This document shows, in pieces, positions 28,551 to 39,009 of a DNA stretch of 64,000 nt. This DNA comes from Candidatus Bathyarchaeota archaeon. Its GTDB lineage: Archaea > Thermoproteota > Bathyarchaeia > Bathyarchaeales > Bathycorpusculaceae. The stretch is taken from positions 672,001 through 736,000 of the forward strand of contig CAWHDT010000005.1 of NCBI GenBank assembly GCA_963828195.1, read 5' to 3'. Each line of letters starts with the position of its first letter. Position 1 is the first letter of the stretch. A model generated the notes under the pieces. The model ran no database searches. It saw nothing but the letters and a program-made list of their open reading frames with translations, and was not told the origin of the DNA. The translations under genes and the position numbers were made by a program.

Positions 28551-29480
28551 TTGCGATTCAAACTGCTAAGAGGAGATGTAATACTAAAAATCCTTCTTGC
28601 AGCAGCAGCTTTGTTTGTTATCGGTGTTGTTGTTGGACTTGCCGCTGAACTTTTTCTCGGCTCAGCGCCATCATTATTTAAATTCGGGCCAAGCTTTTTG
28701 GTTGGATCAAAATGGCAACCAAGTAATAACGTATTTGGTGCTTGGCCGTTTATTTACGGAACATTGGTTTCTTCGGCAATTGCCATTGTAATCGGTTTCC
28801 CAATTAGTCTGGGAATAGCTGTTTTCATAACTGAGAAGCTCAAGAGCCACCTAACCTTTGGTTATATATTAGGAACACTTGTTGACCTTTTAGCGGCTGT
28901 ACCCAGCGTGATTTACGGTTTATGGGGGGTTTTTGTCTTAATTCCCCTCATACGCGATTATGTAGAAAGACCCTTAAGTAAGTCTCTTGGCTACATCCCC
29001 TTATTCTCAGGGCATCCCTTTGGATACGATTTTCTTACTGCGGGAGTCATATTAGCAATAATGGTTATTCCAACAATGTCAGCAGTTACCAGAGATGTGT
29101 TAAATGTGGTTCCAAATAGTCAGCGTGAAGCAATGTACTCGCTCGGAGCCACAGACTGGGAAGTTACGCAGAAAAGCGTCCTGCCCTATGCCCGCTCCGG
29201 CATATTTGGCGCCTTCATTTTGGGGCTGGGACGGGCCTTCGGCGAAACAATGGCTGTCACAATGGTGATAGGGAACATTCCTTCAGTTTCTTCAAGTTTG
29301 TTTTCACCCGGCGCCACTTTATCTTCAATTATCGCCAATCAATTCGGCGAGTCTTCAGGGGTTTTTCAAGGGGCTTTAATCGAATTAGGTTTAATCTTGT
29401 TTTTTGTAGCGATATTAATTAACGGTCTTGCTCGACTATTGCTTTGGAGGATGACTCGTGGAACACAAGTTAAATCTTGA
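28551..29480 (+). CDS. pstC: Phosphate ABC permease
   Basis: LLAAVPSVIYGLWG, GLGRAFGETMAV. Confidence 0.95.
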   Translation: MRFKLLRGDVILKILLAAAALFVIGVVVGLAAELFLGSAPSLFKFGPSFLVGSKWQPSNNVFGAWPFIYGTLVSSAIAIVIGFPISLGIAVFITEKLKSHLTFGYILGTLVDLLAAVPSVIYGLWGVFVLIPLIRDYVERPLSKSLGYIPLFSGHPFGYDFLTAGVILAIMVIPTMSAVTRDVLNVVPNSQREAMYSLGATDWEVTQKSVLPYARSGIFGAFILGLGRAFGETMAVTMVIGNIPSVSSSLFSPGATLSSIIANQFGESSGVFQGALIELGLILFFVAILINGLARLLLWRMTRGTQVKS

Positions 29481-30369
29481 GAGGGATTTGTTGACAACAA
29501 AACCTCATCTGCCCGCGAGTATTTCACTCTGGCGAAAAATCGTTAATAAATTAATGACTGTATTAGTGATAATAGCTGTTGCCCTAGCCATAATACCCTT
29601 AATACTCATACTTGGAGACGTTTTCATGCGAGGGGCACCCGCTCTAAGCATAGGTTTTCTTACCCGTGCGCAGAACCCACTAAATATTTCAAGCGGAGGA
29701 ATAGCCAACGCAATAGTTGGAACTTTCACGATGGTGGGCATAGCCACTCTAATTTCTGTGCCGATTGGCGTCGGAGCAGGTATATTCTTTTCAGAATGGT
29801 CAACTTCTAAGCTTTCCGCAATTTCAGGTTTTATGAACGATGTACTTACCGGGTTTCCTTCAATTGTTTTAGGCTTGTTCGTTTTCGTTATAATTGTTTA
29901 TCCCACTAAACAGTTTTCTGCTTTTGCAGGTGGCATCGCTTTGAGTTTTGTGATGCTGCCTATCATCGCAAGGACAACAGGTGAATCTCTTAAGCTTGTT
30001 CCGAACACGTTGAGGGAAGCGTCGCTGGCTCTGGGGATCCCCCGATGGAAAACTGTTATCAGAATCGTTATAGGCACAGGGAAAAACGGGCTCTTAACGG
30101 GCATATTGTTGGCCGTGGCGCGTGCAACAGGAGAAACAGCTCCAATCCTTTTAACGGCTTCTACAAGCATTTACTTTGCAAAAAGTATATTTCAGCCAAC
30201 AGCTTCAATGACAATCCTCATCTACAACTACGCTACCTCTCCGTATTCATCTCAGCAAACGCAGGCGTGGGGAGCAGCTTTAGTCCTAATACTTATTATG
30301 CTCGCGTTGAATCTTTTGGTTAAGCTTACCGTAGGAAGAAAAGTAAAAGGAGCAAGGATGTATGCGTAG
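29458..30369 (+). CDS. pstA: Phosphate ABC permease
   Basis: PSIVLGLF, LREASLALG, ARATGETAP. Confidence 0.95.
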   Translation: MEHKLNLERDLLTTKPHLPASISLWRKIVNKLMTVLVIIAVALAIIPLILILGDVFMRGAPALSIGFLTRAQNPLNISSGGIANAIVGTFTMVGIATLISVPIGVGAGIFFSEWSTSKLSAISGFMNDVLTGFPSIVLGLFVFVIIVYPTKQFSAFAGGIALSFVMLPIIARTTGESLKLVPNTLREASLALGIPRWKTVIRIVIGTGKNGLLTGILLAVARATGETAPILLTASTSIYFAKSIFQPTASMTILIYNYATSPYSSQQTQAWGAALVLILIMLALNLLVKLTVGRKVKGARMYA

Positions 30370-30407
30370 GATAACGACTAAAAATTCAATAGGTCCAATG
30401 CAAAATC

Positions 30408-31214
30408 ATGTTAGGAGGGACAATTAAAATAAGCAAATATAAAAACCTTGATTCAACGACGGTTAAGCTATCAACGAAAGACTTGAAAGCCAATTTTGGG
30501 AAAGTACAAGTTCTAAAGGGGATCAACTTAAGCTTCCCTGAAAATAAGGTAACTGCAATTATGGGCCCTTCTGGATGTGGAAAAACCACATTGATAAGAT
30601 GTCTCAACCGAATTCATGAATTGACGCCGAATGCAAAAGTCGAAGGGGAGGTCATTTTGGATGGAGTGAACATTTATTCGCCGCAGGTTGATCCAGTTGC
30701 TATTCGCAGAAGAATTGGAATGGTTTTCCAGAAGGCCAATCCTTTCCCTACAATGTCCATTTACGATAACGTGGTGGCAGGCTTGAAACTCGCTGGTGTA
30801 AGAAACAAGGAGACACTTGACAGCGTGGCAGAAAGGAGTCTTAAGATGGCGTTTCTTTGGGATGAAGTAAAAAATGATCTCAAGAAATCCGGAATTGATT
30901 TGTCTGGGGGGCAACAGCAGAGACTATGTATAGCGCGGGCTCTTGCGGTTGAGCCTGAAGTTATTCTTATGGATGAGCCTTGCTCCGCTCTTGACCCTAT
31001 TGCCACCGCTAAAATTGAAGAGTCTATTGTTGCACTTAAGAAGGAGTTTACGATTATAATTGTTACGCATAATATGCAGCAGGCAGCTCGTATTTCAGAT
31101 TACACCGCTTTCATGTATCTAGGCCAACTCATCGAGTTCGACGCAACCTCAGAAGTGTTCGAGAACCCCAAAAGTGAGTTAACAGAAAAATACATAACGG
31201 GAAAGTTCGGATAG
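30408..31214 (+). CDS. pstB: Phosphate ABC ATPase
   Basis: [38 protein letters not shown]. Confidence 0.97.
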   Translation: MLGGTIKISKYKNLDSTTVKLSTKDLKANFGKVQVLKGINLSFPENKVTAIMGPSGCGKTTLIRCLNRIHELTPNAKVEGEVILDGVNIYSPQVDPVAIRRRIGMVFQKANPFPTMSIYDNVVAGLKLAGVRNKETLDSVAERSLKMAFLWDEVKNDLKKSGIDLSGGQQQRLCIARALAVEPEVILMDEPCSALDPIATAKIEESIVALKKEFTIIIVTHNMQQAARISDYTAFMYLGQLIEFDATSEVFENPKSELTEKYITGKFG

Positions 31215-31221
31215 TGAAAGT

Positions 31222-31866
31222 ATGCAAAGACTGTTAGATAAGGGATTAGAAGAATTAACAACCACGGTTTACAGGATGGGCAAAGTCGCCGAGAAAGCCG
31301 TAGCAACGTCAATCAGAGGCTTCCTTGAAGGCAAAAACACAACCAACAATGCACATGAACTCTCCGAGATTCTCGTAGGCAACACCCTTGAGATTGAAGA
31401 AAAAGCCTTCAGCTTAATAGCGAAGTATCAACCCGTGGCTTCTGACTTAAGAATCATAAATTCCTACATGAAAGTCGCATATGATTTCGAACGTTACGGA
31501 AGATATGCTTGGGACATATCGTTCGTCAGCACCCGATTCAATAGGCAAAGCAAATGTGATGAATGGATATTTGAGTATATTGATAAGATGGCTGAGCAAG
31601 TTTTGAAAATGGTCACCATAAGCATTGAATCAATAAAAAGCCTAGACGCAGAGTTCGTCAAGAAACTAACTACAACCGAGCAAGGAGTGGACGACATGTA
31701 CCTTGAGTTCCTCGACAAGCTGGTGAATCAGGCAGGCATAACCACTGAATGCACAGTCTCAAGCACACTCATAGTAAGATACCTTGAACGCATAGCTGAT
31801 CACGCCACTTATATTATGGAAGATGTAGTCTACATTGCCACCGGAGAAAAAATCACCCTAAGATAA
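31222..31866 (+). CDS. phoU: Phosphate uptake regulator
   Basis: YQPVASDLR, RYLERIADHA. Confidence 0.9.
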   Translation: MQRLLDKGLEELTTTVYRMGKVAEKAVATSIRGFLEGKNTTNNAHELSEILVGNTLEIEEKAFSLIAKYQPVASDLRIINSYMKVAYDFERYGRYAWDISFVSTRFNRQSKCDEWIFEYIDKMAEQVLKMVTISIESIKSLDAEFVKKLTTTEQGVDDMYLEFLDKLVNQAGITTECTVSSTLIVRYLERIADHATYIMEDVVYIATGEKITLR

Positions 31867-31977
31867 AAAAATAAAACAAGGCGGCTAACCAGCAGCCCAA
31901 CTACTCTTTTCGCCGTGGGTTTTCTTTAAAAAACAAAGCAACATTCAAAAGCAACGTCGCAGCCTAAAATCAGAATA

Positions 31978-32601
31978 ATGATACCTCTTCTGGATGTTAA
32001 TTGGCAAAGCCTTCCAGCCGACTATTCTCTCAGCGAACGCGACGTTGACGTTTTGACGCTGATAGAAAACGAAGACTTAGCCGTATTCACATTCGACGGA
32101 TTAAAACGGAGAACAGGACTTCATCCTGAGACTTTATCGCGCATACTTGTTCGTCTGGAGCAAGAGGGCATCGTAAAAAAAGGACCTGAAGGCTACAGGG
32201 TTACTCCAAAAATAACGGAGTTAAAACTTAGTCAGCTGCGCAAGGAAGAGCCGACAACGCCGCTGATTCAGACTTTTCTTCCATCTGACCTCATGACCCA
32301 ACAGCTCATCCTGTCTCTAAAAGGCAAATGGTTCGGTTTACTGCGTTGGCTTGGCATATCTGAAAACGGCCAAGGCGTCACTTTAAAGTGGATCACGGAG
32401 GACGGAGGCATCCAAATAGCGGCAAATATTCAGGGTACCGCGCTTAATATAGAAGCTAAATTCCTGACAAACCACAACTTGAACTTGGCGTTGAAGGCTT
32501 CTTATCAGCTTATGGCAAACATCGGCAAGCTCTATCAAGGAGCACACGTTGCCAGAAATGTGGCTTACTATAGCGACACGGCATATATGATGTCAGCCTA
32601 A
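31978..32601 (+). CDS. Winged-helix domain protein
   Basis: FTFDGLKRRTGLHPETLSRILVRLEQEGIV. Confidence 0.7.
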   Translation: MIPLLDVNWQSLPADYSLSERDVDVLTLIENEDLAVFTFDGLKRRTGLHPETLSRILVRLEQEGIVKKGPEGYRVTPKITELKLSQLRKEEPTTPLIQTFLPSDLMTQQLILSLKGKWFGLLRWLGISENGQGVTLKWITEDGGIQIAANIQGTALNIEAKFLTNHNLNLALKASYQLMANIGKLYQGAHVARNVAYYSDTAYMMSA

Positions 32602-32733
32602 TTTTTCCGCCAACTTTCTCTTCCAAAACTGCCCTGAAAGATTGCCCAACCATAGACCAAGGCTTCTTTTAGGGGTGAATTGGGAAAAAGCATTTAAAAG
32701 CGAAAAACAAGCTAAGAGCGGTAAACTTACATA

Positions 32734-33654
32734 ATGGCAGAAAATCAAAAGGAAAATGAGAAATCTCGAGTTACTTTAAAAAACATTAACTACCGTTCTA
32801 CTAGGTTTATCTCTCTTTTGTTGTCATCACTGTACATAGTTGCCGTAGCTGTCTTCTGCATAGACTACAAAATCATTCCAGGCCCGGAATTTCTGGTTTT
32901 AGGCATCCTGATTTACTGCACGTATAACGAACGGACTTGGCACGCCTTCAAAGACTGGCTGCCCTTCGTCACGGTATTTGTATCCTACGAAGTCATGTAC
33001 AGTTTCATAGGAACAATTTCCATGTATAACCTTCATGTGGGACCATACAATTTTGATGTCTTGCTGTTCGGCCAAGTGCCCAGCCTCATTCTACAGCAAA
33101 CGATAAAGATGCCTATTTTAAATTACGTTGGAGCATTTTTCTACGGCATATACTTTTTTGTACCAACCGTCTTCGCCTACATTGTCTGGAAAAAAAGCCC
33201 TAAAAACTACTGGAAATACACCGTTGGCTTCGCCATATTAACCTACAGCGCCCTCATAACTTTCCTCTTTTACCCCGTCGCGCCCCCCTGGATTGCAGTT
33301 CCAGACGTTACCCGAATCCTAACAGGGTCAGTTGACGCCAACCTCGGGCTCCCCGTTTACAAGACCCTGTTTGACTTTCTGAGCCCAAACGCCTACGCCG
33401 CATTCCCCAGCATGCACTCAGCTATGCCCTGGCTGGTGTTTCTTTTCGCATTCAAAATTTGGAGGTGGAAAGCGCTCCCAGCACTGTCGATTCCTGTTGG
33501 AACATGGTTTAGCGCAGTCTACTTGGGCGAGCACTATTTCACAGATGTCTTAGGCGGAATAGTCTACGCCACAATCGCGTTCTATGCAGCAGATAAGCTT
33601 TTGCCGTTACTTACCGCTAGAATCGGCTTTTTGAGGAAACACATGCCGACCTAA
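32734..33654 (+). CDS. PAP2 superfamily membrane protein, AUR1/IPC-synthase-like
   Basis: YPVAPPW, AFPSMH, YLGEHYFTD; multiple TM helices. Confidence 0.85.
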   Translation: MAENQKENEKSRVTLKNINYRSTRFISLLLSSLYIVAVAVFCIDYKIIPGPEFLVLGILIYCTYNERTWHAFKDWLPFVTVFVSYEVMYSFIGTISMYNLHVGPYNFDVLLFGQVPSLILQQTIKMPILNYVGAFFYGIYFFVPTVFAYIVWKKSPKNYWKYTVGFAILTYSALITFLFYPVAPPWIAVPDVTRILTGSVDANLGLPVYKTLFDFLSPNAYAAFPSMHSAMPWLVFLFAFKIWRWKALPALSIPVGTWFSAVYLGEHYFTDVLGGIVYATIAFYAADKLLPLLTARIGFLRKHMPT

Positions 33655-33776
33655 AGATTCTTTGACCACAAAGGCAGGAAAGAAAGCTCCGAAAAACTGA
33701 GTTGCCTTCCCCCAACATAATACTGCAGCTTTAAAAGCTAGTATGCCTTAACAGGGGGAGCGAAGCGGTGTATATT

Positions 33777-34046
33777 TTGAGTCAAAAAGTACATGGAAGA
33801 ATAGTGAATTACAGAACAGGGCCAAAATCGCAGACATCAAGAGAATGCCTAATCGAACTGGAAACGATTGATTCTGAGTCTTCAGCGGGCAAACTCATAG
33901 GACAAAAAGTAACCTGGAAAAACGGCGACAACAAGTTTATAGGAAAAATCAGGGGTGCCCACGGAAAAAACGGCATGGTTCGGGTAAGATTCCCACACGG
34001 GGTTCCTGGCCAAGCAATAGGCGCACGGGTTGAATTAGCAAGTTAA
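33777..34046 (+). CDS. rpl35ae: 50S ribosomal protein L35Ae
   Basis: GRIVNYRTG, GKIRGAHGKNGMVRVRF..GVPGQAIG; TTG start inferred. Confidence 0.9.
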   Translation: MSQKVHGRIVNYRTGPKSQTSRECLIELETIDSESSAGKLIGQKVTWKNGDNKFIGKIRGAHGKNGMVRVRFPHGVPGQAIGARVELAS

Positions 34047-34093
34047 CGCGCTTTGTTTTAACTAAAAAACAGTTTTTTGTGGAATAAGCTTTT

Positions 34094-34258
34094 TTACAGT
34101 TCACCTAAGTCTTCGGTTTCATACATGTGCTCTTCTAACCGAAGTTTTCCTTCTTTAACCACAACTTTGTAGTCAGCTTCGCAAATCGGGCAAGCAACAA
34201 TGTCGTCTTCTTTAACGTCAGGTAATTTGAAAGTATTTCCACATTCGCAGCATTTCAA
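34094..34258 (-). CDS. LysW-like zinc-ribbon protein
   Basis: KCCECG...DIVACPICEADY...EDLGEL; TTG start inferred. Confidence 0.7.
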   Translation of the reverse strand: MKCCECGNTFKLPDVKEDDIVACPICEADYKVVVKEGKLRLEEHMYETEDLGEL

Positions 34259-34590
34259 GATTATTTTGGTGCCCTTCCTTTTTATAGAGCAGTCTGGAGA
34301 AAAAGTAAAATTGCTAACGGCCGATCTGACTCTTCCCCTAAAGAACTCTAATTCATACATAAGAGGCGGGTAGAGCTATATTAGCATAGCTAAGAAGCAA
34401 ACCGTTTTCTATGATTCATTTTCCATTAATTGCACCGTTAAGCAAGAGGGGCTATGTTATCTTAAAAATCGTTTTCTTCATACATGGCTTTATAAGCGTG
34501 GCGGAAGAATTGTAAGCTGAAGAGTTTCTCTTATCCTCGTGGGTTTACCCTTTCGTATAATTGATTCTTTTCAAGAAAATATTGAGGTAA

Positions 34591-34731
34591 ATGAAAATGT
34601 GCATGTTGAGAGCGGGTTTAGTTAAAAACTGTCGCAGATGTAAATCTTCCGTACGGCTAACTTGTGTATCCAGAAAGAAAGCATCAAAGAAAAGCTTCAC
34701 AGATAACAAGAAAAAAGGCGAAAAAGCTTAA
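34591..34731 (+). CDS. 46-aa basic, Cys-containing microprotein
   Basis: GAGGT upstream; MKMCMLRAGLVKNCRRCKSSVRLTCVSRKKASKK... Confidence 0.4.
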   Translation: MKMCMLRAGLVKNCRRCKSSVRLTCVSRKKASKKSFTDNKKKGEKA

Positions 34732-34798
34732 TTGACAGTTAAAATTCCCAAAGTTCAGAAACTAATTTTTCTTAACGAAGGAGAACCGAGGTGAAAAT

Positions 34799-34993
34799 AT
34801 GTCTCAAAGAACAGTTTACGAGGTAAAATGCACTAGCTGCAACCAAACCGCCACGGTGCCCTTCAAGCCTACGCCAGGCAAGCCAGTTTACTGCAAAGCT
34901 TGCTTTGCAAAACAATCAACCAATCAATCCGCAAAAACGACGGGTCCCCACGCTAATTTTGAACCCAAACAGGCCTGGGCAAGACGAAGATAA
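34799..34993 (+). CDS. CxxC-x17-CxxC zinc-finger protein
   Basis: CTSC...VPFKPTPGKPVYCKACF; GAGGTGA ribosome-binding site. Confidence 0.85.
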   Translation: MSQRTVYEVKCTSCNQTATVPFKPTPGKPVYCKACFAKQSTNQSAKTTGPHANFEPKQAWARRR

Positions 34994-35058
34994 ACCTAAA
35001 CAACTTCTATTTATAATCACAAGAAAACTTGCAGAGGGATAGCAACAGGGCGAATAAT

Positions 35059-35313
35059 ATGAAGATCATTAAAGGGTGGAAGAAAATAAGCAATCAAGGC
35101 GGCTATGTAAACGAAGCCACAGGTCAAACTTTAATTGTTTCCAAAAAAGAATTCAGCTCAAACTACCAGGCAGTGCTTTTTGCGGGAGAGCAAACGGATG
35201 AAGCAGAGAGCAAAAAAATCTCGCCTGAGTTCTCCAAGAAAACACAGGCTGAAGCCGTCGCCTTAAGTTGGATGGAAAAGCACCCAAATGGAATAGTTGA
35301 ATCAAAAGATTAA
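35059..35313 (+). CDS. Hypothetical protein
   Basis: Coding-like ORF MKIIKGWKK...WMEKHPNG. Confidence 0.65.
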   Translation: MKIIKGWKKISNQGGYVNEATGQTLIVSKKEFSSNYQAVLFAGEQTDEAESKKISPEFSKKTQAEAVALSWMEKHPNGIVESKD

Positions 35314-35436
35314 GTTAGTTCTGCCAAAGTTTAATTTTGGTTCGAGCAGTAGAGCCTAATTTTAACAAAAACATGAACTCGAAAATCTAAGTAACCTTTG
35401 CCTCAGCCATAAAGCGGCTGCCTAAAAGCGAGATAC

Positions 35437-35847
35437 TTATCGGTTTCCGTATTTTTTTCTCATGCAAACTTGGCAAAAATTTTTTTTGTAGCGCCTTATT
35501 CTTTGAGGCTGAAAAAGTTTGCCGCAAGAGCTGCATTTGATTTGCGCCGTCTGAGTAGGATCAAGCAGTTTCAATCTTCTTTCAATTTCAGCTTTGATTT
35601 CAACATCGTTTTCTGCCTTCAAAGCTCCATTCAACAATATTTTAGCTTGCTCTAAACTTCTGTTCCCATAAACCTTCAAGAAAACACTATCTGGTTTTCC
35701 CACTCCTAACTTTAACGGCAACATACAAACAAAGTTGGAGGGGTAACTCTGAGACTTGCTATAGTCAACAACTGCGAAGCGAAAGTTTCTTCGATAGGGA
35801 TTATCATCCTTCCCGTTATGCTCGAAGATCTGCAGCCGTACACTCAT
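35437..35847 (-). CDS. Hypothetical protein with a C-terminal zinc finger
   Basis: CSSCGKLF...FCQVC. Confidence 0.7.
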   Translation of the reverse strand: MSVRLQIFEHNGKDDNPYRRNFRFAVVDYSKSQSYPSNFVCMLPLKLGVGKPDSVFLKVYGNRSLEQAKILLNGALKAENDVEIKAEIERRLKLLDPTQTAQIKCSSCGKLFQPQRIRRYKKNFCQVCMRKKYGNR

Positions 35848-36020
35848 TTTTTAATTCACGCTTCCACATTAAAAGTAAACCAAGGTTAATATCTATACCT
35901 AAAGAAAATTTTGGTTCCTCAGCCGCCTACGCGACTTTTGAGGCTACTTAAGCCTATTTTGCCCGATAATTTGCTGTTTAACTGCGCATTAACGGTTCTT
36001 CTTGTTCGAAAAGCGGGTTT

Positions 36021-37205
36021 TCAGAGCAATGAAGATAAACCTAGGATTCCGCCTGCCACAATCATGACTGATGCTATAACGAAGGCTGCTATTTCGTATT
36101 TGTTGTATTGGTAGCCGTTCATCACTTTTTTATCTGAAACAAGCTTCCCCAGAAAGTACAGGGACGGAATAATCACTATCGGATAGATAACCATTAGGCT
36201 GAGCATCAGTTGGATGTAACCTGTTATTGTAGCTACAATGATTACGGCTGGAATGCTTTCAAGCAGGTACACTCCTATGAAAGAAGTGTGCGAGGTTTTG
36301 CCTGTGGCTTCAAGGACCCCCCATGCTGAGCCAAGGGATATAACGATGAGTGCAAGAAAGCCCGCGAAAAGGAACAGCGCGCCCATAATAGGCATGGCAT
36401 AAGGTCCAAAGAACGAAAGCACTTTTGAAAGGGCTAAGGCAGTGATCACTTTGCCGCCGTTGGCAAGCCGTATCCCCGGAAACAGCAAGATGACCATCAG
36501 AACTTCAGATACTACAGCTCCCAGGAGCGTTTCGATTCGTTCGTTCTTTAGGTCCTTTGGCTTTTTCTTTCTGCGCGCATCGGCACCAGAGTGGTAATAG
36601 AGCATCCACGGCATAATTACTGCACCTATGCTTGCTGCCAGAAGGAAGTCGAAAGATGGTTTACTGTAGGGCTGAAGCGGCGAGAGCCCCAACGAAACAA
36701 AATCTTTCAGGTTAATTGGGAAGATGAAGGCTGACGCGACTATAGCAGCCACTAACAGGAAGCTTAACGGTATAAGAATCATCTCGGCTCGGCGATATTG
36801 CTTTCCAAACATCACCGCTGTGTGGATCGAGAAAATCATTATAAGCCCCAGAATAATGGGGAAGCCAAGTAAATACAGCCCAATAGCCATCCCCGCATAT
36901 TCCGCTAAATACTCCAGAAAATCGCTTACACCCATAGGCACTGCGGCAATCATCGCTTTGCGGCTTCCGAACTGTTTTCTAGTTGCTTCGCCCAATCCAA
37001 GCCCTGCACACGTTCCTAGTCTGCCTGCTGCGTCTTGGATGATGAAGAGGGGCAGGATCAATATGAGGAGGATGAACGCCATTCTGTAGCCGTAGCTTGC
37101 GCCGGATTGTATTGCGGTGATTATTGAGGCTATGTCGATGTCGGCTATCATTACGATCCAGGCGGGTCCGAAGTTTCTTAGCCAGTCGCCGACTTTGAAA
37201 TTCAT
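36021..37205 (-). CDS. NRAMP-family divalent metal transporter
   Basis: FGPAWIVMIAD, GASYGY, IGAVIMPWMLY; ~11 TM helices. Confidence 0.88.
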   Translation of the reverse strand: MNFKVGDWLRNFGPAWIVMIADIDIASIITAIQSGASYGYRMAFILLILILPLFIIQDAAGRLGTCAGLGLGEATRKQFGSRKAMIAAVPMGVSDFLEYLAEYAGMAIGLYLLGFPIILGLIMIFSIHTAVMFGKQYRRAEMILIPLSFLLVAAIVASAFIFPINLKDFVSLGLSPLQPYSKPSFDFLLAASIGAVIMPWMLYYHSGADARRKKKPKDLKNERIETLLGAVVSEVLMVILLFPGIRLANGGKVITALALSKVLSFFGPYAMPIMGALFLFAGFLALIVISLGSAWGVLEATGKTSHTSFIGVYLLESIPAVIIVATITGYIQLMLSLMVIYPIVIIPSLYFLGKLVSDKKVMNGYQYNKYEIAAFVIASVMIVAGGILGLSSLL

Positions 37206-37245
37206 GTTGATGCCTCTTTAAAGTTGCTTGTCAAACCGCACACAC

Positions 37246-37296
37246 TTAGGTCAACCTAAATAAAGCATAATATATTAACTTTTAGGCAAACCTAAA
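37246..37296. promoter_or_regulatory. Two DtxR/MntR-type operators TTAGG-N4-CCTAA
   Basis: ttaggtcaacctaa (37246-37259) and tttaggcaaacctaaa (37281-37296) between the divergent NRAMP and DtxR genes. Confidence 0.85.
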
Positions 37297-37377
37297 TCAT
37301 TTTTTCCAACAAACACAACCCCCAAGAATTCAAAACTTATATCCCGAAATCAACAATTAAATAACTGAGACCAACCT

Positions 37378-37791
37378 ATGCCAACTTCCGAAAGCGTAGA
37401 AGAATACTTAGAAGCACTATGGATATCGGAAGAAAGAGGCGAAAAACTAGCACACCTAACATGGGTGGCAGATCACCTAAAAGTAGCAGCGCCAAGCGCA
37501 TTAGAAATGCTAAAGAAACTGGAAAAAGAAGGCTACGTAATTTATAAAACAAGACAAGGCATCGAACTTACCGAAAAAGGAAGAAAAATAGCTAAAAGAA
37601 TCATTCGCGCTCACAGACTCACAGAAGTGTTGATGAAGGAATCATTAAAAACAGACATACAGGAAGAAAGTGTCTGCGGAATAGAACATCACATGAACGA
37701 TGAATTCATGAATGCCCTGTGTACACAACTTAATCACCCGAGAAAATGTCCTCATGGACACTCCATCCCGAAAGGCAAATGCTGCCCATAA
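37378..37791 (+). CDS. DtxR/MntR family metal-dependent repressor
   Basis: EEYLEAL, LTEKGR..A..IIRAHRL, CGIEH, CPHG. Confidence 0.92.
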   Translation: MPTSESVEEYLEALWISEERGEKLAHLTWVADHLKVAAPSALEMLKKLEKEGYVIYKTRQGIELTEKGRKIAKRIIRAHRLTEVLMKESLKTDIQEESVCGIEHHMNDEFMNALCTQLNHPRKCPHGHSIPKGKCCP

Positions 37792-38016
37792 ACTCAAACT
37801 AACAGAAAAATGCTACCTTACAAAATCCTTTCTTTCAATGGTGCCAACTAGTTGAATGAGATGATACTTGAGTTCACAGTCATGATTGAGCCAAGCTTGG
37901 ACGTACTCCCGAGGCAGAACGCGCATTCAAAATCGTAGCTTTCAACACTGTGCAGGTATTTTGTTCAAGTGGTGTGGGCGACTTCCATGTTTGACGATTC
38001 CAATGCTATCGCTTGC

Positions 38017-38802
38017 TTAATGCTTCATATACTTTCGGGTTAAGGTTCTTGTGAGATGAAGAGCTGCGTAGATCGAAGATAAAATCAGGAGCAAAGTGAA
38101 GAGAGTTCTTTGCGAAAAGTCAAATGAAGCCGTGAAGACGTAGAGGCCATAGAAACCCACGCATTCAAGGAATACGAATTTCAAGCTATAGCCTGAGGAA
38201 CTGGATAGAAAGAACGCGGCCGCTTTCATTTTCATTGTCCCGGCAGCCAGAGCAACGACGCTGTAGAAGTACGGTATGAAGGTGGCTATGAAAATTGAGA
38301 ATTTGCCGTGTTCCAACACCCATTTATCTGCTGCTTCGAGGTTCTTCTCAGATATATGAAAGAATGACATTACTCTCAACAGTAGTGGTCTGGCTGCAAG
38401 TGTACCGAAAACGTACTCTATCGGCAACAAAGCGCCCGCGAGGCACGCCAGAAACGCGTAATACGGATTGAACAACCCTGCTAATGATAGGTAACCACAC
38501 GCTGGAACGAGGATGTAATCGGGAACTGGTAAAAAGGCGATGCTAAGGAATATGCCTAAATAACCCGCTAGCAAAAACGGCGACGACACACCATTCTGAC
38601 CGACTTTATAGGTCGATATGTTGATGAAACGAAAATACGCGTTCAGCAATGCCAGAGCGCTCAGCAATATTATCAATATTGAAATCACAAAGAGATAGTG
38701 CCAATATTTGCTTGATCTCCCCTTTTTGTCTTCTCCGAATCCTAGATTAGTTTTCCAGATCCGACGCGAACTGCTTTTTTTCGGGGAGTTTGTTGCGCTC
38801 AT
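38017..38802 (-). CDS. DedA/VTT family membrane protein
   Basis: LPVPD, EHGKFSIFIATFIP, ALAAGTMKM. Confidence 0.75.
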   Translation of the reverse strand: MSATNSPKKSSSRRIWKTNLGFGEDKKGRSSKYWHYLFVISILIILLSALALLNAYFRFINISTYKVGQNGVSSPFLLAGYLGIFLSIAFLPVPDYILVPACGYLSLAGLFNPYYAFLACLAGALLPIEYVFGTLAARPLLLRVMSFFHISEKNLEAADKWVLEHGKFSIFIATFIPYFYSVVALAAGTMKMKAAAFFLSSSSGYSLKFVFLECVGFYGLYVFTASFDFSQRTLFTLLLILSSIYAALHLTRTLTRKYMKH

Positions 38803-39009
38803 TTATGTTTCTTTCCGAACCTCATGGATTGCAATGCCAACTTAAAATCGTTCACTTACTTGAAATCATATTCTCTCAACTTTGCCGTTATGATGGATTG
38901 CAGTGTTTATGGTTGCTTGTTTGAGTTTATCCTTCCCCTCGCTTTTCATGCACTATTTTTGTGCGCAAAAGTTCGGGACTAATTTCAGCCATTTATTTTA
39001 GGTCAAGTT

